Source: Trueperaceae bacterium
Lineage (GTDB): Bacteria > Deinococcota > Deinococci > Deinococcales > Trueperaceae
Direction: 5' to 3'
Assembly (NCBI GenBank): GCA_965213925.1
Contig: OZ243927.1
Coordinates: 2,176,001-2,240,000 of the forward strand
Length of the DNA stretch: 64,000 nt
This document shows, in pieces, positions 58,001 to 64,000 of the stretch. The position numbers were made by a program, and so were the translations under genes. The notes under the pieces are model-generated. The model was not told where the DNA came from. It was given only the letters and a program-made list of their open reading frames with translations, and ran no database searches. Positions within the stretch are counted from its first letter, which is position 1. The number at the start of each line of letters is the position of its first letter.

Positions 58001-58556
58001 GTGCTTCCACTTGCGTCACCGCGTAGATGCGAGTGTCGCGCAAGGAGCCGTCTACGCCCCTCGAGTAGCGCCTCAAAACGCCCTCGAGCCCGTACCCGCA
58101 CCGCTCCGCGACTCGCGCGCTTCGCTCGTTTTCATCGTCGCACTGAATCTCGACCCTCGCCGCCCCGAAGTCCTCCAAAGCGAGTTTTGTCAGCGCACGA
58201 ACAGTCTCCGTCACGTAACCTTGTCCGGCTCTCGAAGTGCGGCACCAGTAGCCGATCTCGAACTTGGGTACCTTCCAGTCGATCCGGTGGAGGCCGCTGT
58301 TGCCGATATGCTCGCCCGTCTCCTTGTCGTGAAAGTGGTAGCGCAAGTTCTGACAGGTGATGAACTGGGCGACGGCGTCGCGGGTGTTCTCTTCGCAGCC
58401 TTCGCGCGAGTACACAGGCGTCGCCCAAGCCATCCAGGGTGAGAGTTCGCTGAGCGATTCGCGCACCGAGGTGTAGATCGCGTCCACGTCCTCCACGCGC
58501 GGTCGGCGGATGGTGAGGCGCTCGGTTTCTAAGCGTTCGGGCACTCGGGGAATCAT
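57993..58556 (-). CDS. RimJ/RimL-family GNAT acetyltransferase
   Basis: LETERLTIR, PWMAW, EIGYW, GQGYVTE, N.RS.RVAER.G. Confidence 0.88.
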   Translation of the reverse strand: MIPRVPERLETERLTIRRPRVEDVDAIYTSVRESLSELSPWMAWATPVYSREGCEENTRDAVAQFITCQNLRYHFHDKETGEHIGNSGLHRIDWKVPKFEIGYWCRTSRAGQGYVTETVRALTKLALEDFGAARVEIQCDDENERSARVAERCGYGLEGVLRRYSRGVDGSLRDTRIYAVTQVEAQK

Positions 58557-58586
58557 CAGGCTACAAGTATAGGGTTTTTCGTTCAC

Positions 58587-58720
58587 ATAGCAGGTATCAT
58601 CTGGTCTGAGTGTACGTAGTTCTGCGAAGCAACACTCTCACTCTACAAAGCAGCGTTTAGCACGCACCTTATAAGATGATATCTGCGGCATTCTGTCTCA
58701 GTATGTTGTGGAACTGCTTA
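58587..58720 (+). mobile_element. MITE-like element, diverged subfamily B copy 2
   Basis: ATAGCAGGTATCATCTGGT...AGATGATATCTGC...GTCTCAGTATGTTGTGGAACTGCTTA. Confidence 0.75.
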
Positions 58721-58766
58721 CATTCACACCCTTAGGGTTCATCTAGCGGTGGTAGAGTAGTCTCCT

Positions 58767-59693
58767 ATGGAGTTGACGGAAGGTCCCGCTAAAAATAAGG
58801 GCAGAACGCGCAAGGTCGGGCTTATTCTGAGCGGCGGCGGCGCGCGGGGCTTCGCGCATATCGGCGTGTTGCGCGTGTTGGAGCGGGCGAATATCCACGT
58901 GGACGTGGTCGCGGGAACGTCTATCGGCGCGATCTTAGGGGCGCTCTACGCGAGCGGCTACAGCGCCGACGAGATCGCCGATCTATCCAAGTCGGTCTCG
59001 TGGCGTCATCTCCTGGACTTCTCCATGCAAGCGGGTCTCCTCAAGGGCGAAAAGCTCCACGACCTCTTGGCGCTGCACCTGCCCGCCGACTTCAGCGCGC
59101 TAAAGAAGCCGCTCGCGATTGCGACGACGGACGTGGAGACGGGCGACGAGGTCTTCATCTTAGAAGGCGACCTGGTGACGGCGGTGCGGGCGTCTAGCTG
59201 CTACCCCGGCGCGTTCGAGCCCGTGAATTTCAACGGGCGGATGCTGGCGGACGGCGGCATCGTGAATAATTTGCCCGTGAACGCGGTCGCCTTTTTAGGC
59301 GCGAACTACGCGGTCGCCAGCGACGCCACCGCGCCGCGCCGCGCCGCCTTTTCGGACCCCCCGGGCGACGAGAACTGGTGGCGGCGGATGACGGCGACGA
59401 TCAAGCTCGAGCGCCGCAGCCTCATGGCGCAGATGGTTTTGCGCTCTACGGACATCATGCAGAGCATCCTGACCGAAATCCAGTACAACATGCACCCCGC
59501 CGACGTGCGGGTGCAACACGCCATGCCCCACGTGCGCGTCGAGTCGTTCTGGGCCTTCGACGAAATCGTAGCGCTCGGCGAGTGGGAAGCGATGCGCGTT
59601 CTCGGCCAGGCGGGCTTGCTCTCTGAAGAGGTCATCGAGGCGTACACGCCACCCGAAGGGATACCTAAGCACCTCGCTATGAATATGAAGTAG
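58767..59693 (+). CDS. Patatin-like phospholipase
   Basis: LSGGGARG, GTSIG, DGG. Confidence 0.92.
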   Translation: MELTEGPAKNKGRTRKVGLILSGGGARGFAHIGVLRVLERANIHVDVVAGTSIGAILGALYASGYSADEIADLSKSVSWRHLLDFSMQAGLLKGEKLHDLLALHLPADFSALKKPLAIATTDVETGDEVFILEGDLVTAVRASSCYPGAFEPVNFNGRMLADGGIVNNLPVNAVAFLGANYAVASDATAPRRAAFSDPPGDENWWRRMTATIKLERRSLMAQMVLRSTDIMQSILTEIQYNMHPADVRVQHAMPHVRVESFWAFDEIVALGEWEAMRVLGQAGLLSEEVIEAYTPPEGIPKHLAMNMK

Positions 59694-59896
59694 GTGCAGC
59701 AAAACCCAGCGTGCGTCAAGTCTGCACCAAAATTCCACATCGTTAAGAAAGAATCCAACCATGAATTCAGCAACAATCTCCCTTTCAACCTACCGCGCCA
59801 CGCCGCACCTCGGCACCGCACCTGTCGCCCCATTTGCAAGTGCTCACGTAGCCCTAGCCGAAGGAGCCGTCAACGCGAAGGGGTACACTACACGTT

Positions 59897-60808
59897 ATGG
59901 CAACTGAAGCGACCGCACCTGAACAGTCGGGTGAAAAACCAGCAAAAAAAACCGCCTCTCAGCGCTTTTGGGCAGAAGTCCGGGGCTACGCCGAAGCGCT
60001 CGTCGTGGCGTTTCTCATCGTCACCTTCATCTTTACGACAGTGGGCGTCGTGGGCCGCTCGATGCGCCCGAACTTAGACGGCGGCAGCGGCAGGCTCCCC
60101 CAGTCGCTCTTCACGGGCGACAGGGTGTTTATTCCTAAATACGACACCTGGCTGAGGCGCGCTGGAATTTTAGGACCGTATGAGCGCGGCGATATCGTGG
60201 TGGTCCGCGAGCCCGCCAACTCGCCTAACTCGCAGCGTTCGGGGCGGCGCAGCTTCTTCATTAAGCGCGTCATCGGTGTGCCGGGCGACCACCTCTACAT
60301 TCAAGAGGGGCAGGTCTACGTCAACGGCGAAGCGCTCGACCAGAGCTTTATCACCGAGAGCGGCGAGATTCGCCCCGAGCCCATCACCTTTCCGGTCGTC
60401 GAGGCGAATAACGGCGAGGTGACGGACTTTCAGGGGCTCATCTCCGGCACCTTCGAGGGCGGCTTGGGCGGTTTGGAGCCCGCTCCCGTCAGCAACCCCG
60501 AGACGCAGTTCTTTTATGGCGGCACCGTAGACGCCCTCGCCCCGATTCCGGCGGACGCGCCCGAAGGCGAGCCCTTTCTGCACGAACTCATCGTCCCCGA
60601 AGGTCACTACTTCATCATGGGCGACAACCGCTCGCCCGGCGGCAGCGAGGACTCGCGCTACTTTGGACCGATCGACAGCATCGCCGTGGCGGGTCAGGCG
60701 AGCGCCGTGATTTGGCCGCCGCGCCGCGACGGTGAGTGGAACTGGCGTCTTTTAAGCTCGCCCGAAGCGTTTGAAGAGATTCCAAACGAGCCGCGGGGGA
60801 GCAACTAA
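59897..60808 (+). CDS. lepB: Signal peptidase I
   Basis: Transmembrane anchor, SM.P.L, FIKRVIG.PGD, YFIMGDNR..SEDSRYFG. Confidence 0.92.
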   Translation: MATEATAPEQSGEKPAKKTASQRFWAEVRGYAEALVVAFLIVTFIFTTVGVVGRSMRPNLDGGSGRLPQSLFTGDRVFIPKYDTWLRRAGILGPYERGDIVVVREPANSPNSQRSGRRSFFIKRVIGVPGDHLYIQEGQVYVNGEALDQSFITESGEIRPEPITFPVVEANNGEVTDFQGLISGTFEGGLGGLEPAPVSNPETQFFYGGTVDALAPIPADAPEGEPFLHELIVPEGHYFIMGDNRSPGGSEDSRYFGPIDSIAVAGQASAVIWPPRRDGEWNWRLLSSPEAFEEIPNEPRGSN

Positions 60809-60843
60809 ACCAACGAAACAGGGTGAAATAGTGTGATTCGCTA

Positions 60844-60879
60844 AGGGGCAGAGGTCGTGGTGACCTCTGCCCCTCTTTT
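60844..60879. terminator. Intrinsic terminator between convergent genes
   Basis: AGGGGCAGAGGTC-gtggt-GACCTCTGCCCCT followed by CTTTT. Confidence 0.75.
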
Positions 60880-60884
60880 ACGGG

Positions 60885-61463
60885 TTAGGCTAACCGCCCG
60901 TCAAGCCCCAACGTCTCGGCGTCGCGCTGCATCGCGGCGAGCACAAAGGCGACGTGCTCCCACAACTCAACGTCCAATTCCTCCGCGCCGCGCACCACAT
61001 CCTCACGGTTTACACCCTTGGCAAACGCTTTATCCTTAAATTTCTTTTTTAGACTCTTGAGCGTCTGATTGCGAATATCTTTGTCAGGGCGCACCAGCAC
61101 GGCGGCGGTAATGAGCCCCGTAATCTCGTCGCAGGCGTAGAGCGTCTTGGCTAGGAGCGTCTCGCGCGGCACACCCGTGTAGTCCGCATGTCCCATGATG
61201 GCGTCTGTAACGATGTCGGGATAGCCTCTCTCTTCAAGGTGCCTAACGCCAACATAAGGATGTCCTTCTTCGCTGGGTTCGGGGTACTTTTCGTAGTCGA
61301 AGTCGTGCAGGAGCGCGGCGGTGCGCCACAGCTCCTCGTTCTCGCCGAACTCGCGGGCGTAAGCGGCTGTGGCGCTCTCTACAGCGAGCATATGTTTGCG
61401 CAACGACTCGGACTCCGTCCACTCGGTCATAAGGGCGTAGGCGTCTTCTCTGGACACATCCAT
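60885..61463 (-). CDS. HDIG/HD-domain hydrolase
   Basis: SLRKHMLAVE, LLHDFDYE, AIMGHA, ACDE.TG, KKFKDKAFA. Confidence 0.88.
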   Translation of the reverse strand: MDVSREDAYALMTEWTESESLRKHMLAVESATAAYAREFGENEELWRTAALLHDFDYEKYPEPSEEGHPYVGVRHLEERGYPDIVTDAIMGHADYTGVPRETLLAKTLYACDEITGLITAAVLVRPDKDIRNQTLKSLKKKFKDKAFAKGVNREDVVRGAEELDVELWEHVAFVLAAMQRDAETLGLDGRLA

Positions 61464-61552
61464 ACGCCCAGCTTACCAAGCACGACGGCGCACTGCGCAC
61501 TTTTAGAGCTACCGCGAAATGTCGGAGAGGCTCGGCGCGTAAACTGCGGCTT

Positions 61553-62071
61553 ATGAGACTTGGCCGCATCTTCGAGTGGATTCTGATACAGGTGCGTTGG
61601 CTGCTCCTCGCACCCGTTTTGGCGCTGATCGTCGGCGCGGGATTTCTATGCTACCGCACCGTCATGGACATCGTCTCGGCCTTCTATAAAACCAAACCTG
61701 AAGATTCTATCTCTGAGATTCTTAAAGCGGTGGATTCGGGGCTGCTCGCCGCTATTGTAATCATTGTTGCGCTAGGGCTGTACGAACTCTTCATCGACCG
61801 CATCGAGCCAGCGGACGACAAGACGCTCGGCTCGACCTTGAAAGTGGGCGACTTAGAGGGGCTTAAAAACCGCTTAGGCAAGGCGATCATCCTCGTTTTT
61901 ATCATCCGCTTTTTCGAGTACCTGACGCAGATTGAATTCAAAGAGTCGCTCGATCTGCTCATCTACGCTGGCGCGATTGCCCTCCTAGCGCTTACACTCT
62001 ACTTGATTCGCGACCTCAAACAAGACGATGATAAAGGAGACGAAGATGCAGCGAGAGGTTCAGACGGTTGA
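61553..62071 (+). CDS. YqhA/UPF0114-family membrane protein
   Basis: Four hydrophobic segments, GLYELFI, L..LK..LGK.I. Confidence 0.8.
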   Translation: MRLGRIFEWILIQVRWLLLAPVLALIVGAGFLCYRTVMDIVSAFYKTKPEDSISEILKAVDSGLLAAIVIIVALGLYELFIDRIEPADDKTLGSTLKVGDLEGLKNRLGKAIILVFIIRFFEYLTQIEFKESLDLLIYAGAIALLALTLYLIRDLKQDDDKGDEDAARGSDG

Positions 62072-62738
62072 AGATGTCGGCGCAGCAGGAGCGCAGCTTT
62101 TTGTAGAGGCGGCGCAGCGGAGCATCGAGGCGAGAGGGCGCTTCTTCGTCGCGCTTTCGGGAGGGAGTACGCCGCTCGAGGTCTACGCCCATCTGGTCGA
62201 GGCGTACCGCGACGCCCCCTTTTGGACGCAGACGCAGCTTTTCTGGGGCGACGAGCGCTTCGTCCCGCACGACCATGACGACAGCAACTTCGGCGCAGCT
62301 AAAGAGCACCTCGTCCGGCACGTGCCGATACCGGACGGGCAGGTGCACCCGTGGCCCTACTTAGCGGACGAGCCGGAGCGCTCGGCGCATTCCTACGCGG
62401 CGATCATCGGCGAGGTCTTAGGCGATACGCCGCACTTCGACCTGACCTTTTTAGGTTTAGGCGACGACGGACACACCGCGAGCCTCTTTCCAGGTACGGA
62501 CGCTGTGCACGAGGAAGGCTGGACCACCGTGGTCCAGCCCGAAGGAAAAAACACGCGGCTCAGCTTCACGGTACCTTTGCTTAGCCAGAGCCGCACGGTG
62601 GCTTTTTTGGTGCAGGGTGAGAAGAAGCGTGACGCGCTCCAGGCGACGCTGCACGGCGAGAAGGACGTTGAAAACTACCCCGCCCAAGCGGTCAGCGCTC
62701 ACGAGCAGCTTCTGTGGCTGACGGACTTAGAGGTGTAG
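62046..62738 (+). CDS. pgl: 6-phosphogluconolactonase
   Basis: ALSGGSTP, FWGDERFVP, SN, LGLGDDGHTASLFP. Confidence 0.93.
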   Translation: MQREVQTVEDVGAAGAQLFVEAAQRSIEARGRFFVALSGGSTPLEVYAHLVEAYRDAPFWTQTQLFWGDERFVPHDHDDSNFGAAKEHLVRHVPIPDGQVHPWPYLADEPERSAHSYAAIIGEVLGDTPHFDLTFLGLGDDGHTASLFPGTDAVHEEGWTTVVQPEGKNTRLSFTVPLLSQSRTVAFLVQGEKKRDALQATLHGEKDVENYPAQAVSAHEQLLWLTDLEV

Positions 62739-62750
62739 ATTCGGGTAAGT

Positions 62751-62783
62751 GGAGGGGGCTCGAGTCTGACTCGAGCCCCCTCC
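62751..62783. terminator. Hairpin terminator between convergent genes, built on CTCGAG
   Basis: GGAGGGGGCTCGAGT-ctg-ACTCGAGCCCCCTCC. Confidence 0.75.
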
Positions 62784-62801
62784 TTTCTGCACTTTACGCG
62801 G

Positions 62802-64000
62802 TTAGTTGAGCGACGCGGCTTCGGGTGCGTTCGGCGAGACGTTCTCCAACTCGTCCGTGCGCCCGTTCACGAGGTCGTCTACCCACGAGACGAAGGGCGT
62901 AGAGATACTGCCATCACCGTTGTCTGGGTACTCATAGAACTCTGGCCTGCCGATGATGCAGTGCGTCGTGCCGTTCTCCAGGCTGTCATCGTTGTCGAGC
63001 AGCGAGGTGTAGAAGTAGAAGTTATCTGTACCTTCCGCGATCGCGCCGAGCGAAGCGTCTAGGCCCGCTGTCCACTCCCGCGTCGCCCTCTCCAGCTCCT
63101 CCGGGCTCGGCTGAAAAGACGCGCCCTGCTGCAGCGCGTAGAAGTAAATCTGAATGCCGTCGAAGGCTGAATTGTACTGCGAGACGACGCTCTCGGGGTA
63201 GGTTTCTCCCACCGTTTCGTAGATGTTGGTAAGAAAGGTTGCGTTGAGACCACCGCTCAGGTCAAGCTCGGGGATAAGCTCGGTGAGTACGCTCTCGGTG
63301 TTCCAACGGCTGACGCCGTCCTCGCCCTCGAAGAACGCCTCCGGGGTGACGCCCGCGCCGCAGTCGCCCATCTGGTAAACCTCTGCGTCAGGGTACCTCT
63401 CTTGAATCTGCGGCGTGTAGGCGATTGAGCCATATGCGCCCGCACTGCAACCCGTCACAAAAATTGTTTCGGGCGCTTCAAATTCTTCAAAAACCCAGTT
63501 TAAGACCGCTTGTGCGTTGACCTGACCCTTGTGCTGCACGGTGATCTCTTCCCCACTGGTCGTATTCGTATAGGTCTGTGTGCTGTTACCGATATGGATG
63601 TCCGCTGTGCAGTACGGGATATAGGCGTGGTACCAGTCGCCGACGGGGTTGTCGGGGTTGGTTTTGTCGTAGATACCCAGCGGTGTGGGCTCGCCAAACA
63701 CGCGGCTATTGTAGACGCCGAAATCGTTTGGTTCGTCGATGGGCAATGAGCACGTCCCGTCGTTCCAGCACGCGCCGCCGCCCTGAAAGTCGACGACGAG
63801 CTTGTTCTCGGTGCCCGGATAGGCGTAGTACTTGTACTGTGAGCCGTCCGCGCAGGTGGTTTCGCCGCCCGGCGAAAATTCGTTCCAGGTGTCCGCCATA
63901 AGCTCGGGTACTCTGGGTTCGGTTATCGCCTCTTCGCTGCACGCCACTAAAAATAGGGCGCACACGCCGAGCAACAACACTGCGTAACGCTTGAGATAAC
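62802..64000 (-). CDS. Pectinacetylesterase/Notum-like lipoprotein (start probably just outside window)
   Basis: Lipobox LVAC, CADGS, FQGGGAC, YCTADIHIG, GCSAG, HC; frame stays open to the window edge. Confidence 0.82.
   Translation of the reverse strand, partial: YLKRYAVLLLGVCALFLVACSEEAITEPRVPELMADTWNEFSPGGETTCADGSQYKYYAYPGTENKLVVDFQGGGACWNDGTCSLPIDEPNDFGVYNSRVFGEPTPLGIYDKTNPDNPVGDWYHAYIPYCTADIHIGNSTQTYTNTTSGEEITVQHKGQVNAQAVLNWVFEEFEAPETIFVTGCSAGAYGSIAYTPQIQERYPDAEVYQMGDCGAGVTPEAFFEGEDGVSRWNTESVLTELIPELDLSGGLNATFLTNIYETVGETYPESVVSQYNSAFDGIQIYFYALQQGASFQPSPEELERATREWTAGLDASLGAIAEGTDNFYFYTSLLDNDDSLENGTTHCIIGRPEFYEYPDNGDGSISTPFVSWVDDLVNGRTDELENVSPNAPEAASLN

Noticed and set aside
9112..58720. 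Autonomous transposase for the small elements
   Set aside because: No DDE or HUH transposase ORF was recognised in the window, so the IS630 link rests on the termini only

Overview
GC-rich bacterial chromosome segment, probably Deinococcota (Truepera-like). This is inferred from leaderless TANNNT promoters, Deinococcus-type ATACGGATTCCG repeats and very frequent CTCGAG. The window is mostly carbohydrate catabolism: a TRAP transporter plus hexuronate operon (uxaE, uxuB-like SDR, LarA-family epimerase, uxaC); a ~25 kb cell-wall/amino-sugar recycling region (nagZ, peptide ABC transporter, amidase, anmK, nagB, murQ, GntR, sugar kinase, nanE, frameshifted nagA, divergent sugar ABC transporter, DUF4127-like gene, GH38, FAD oxidoreductase); and a LacI/ABC/GH32 operon. 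It also holds argF-argC-argJ, a candidate RNA repair operon (RNA ligase + HD-kinase + SorC regulator), twin sulfotransferases, HtrA, lepB and pgl. Intergenic DNA carries at least four small repeat families. One is a 115-bp TATAGCA-ended MITE-like element in three identical copies, with diverged relatives that show compensatory and G-U base-pair changes; one copy is nested inside another repeat. No rRNA, tRNA, CRISPR array or transposase was recognised. Product calls come from motif recognition only, with no database searches.
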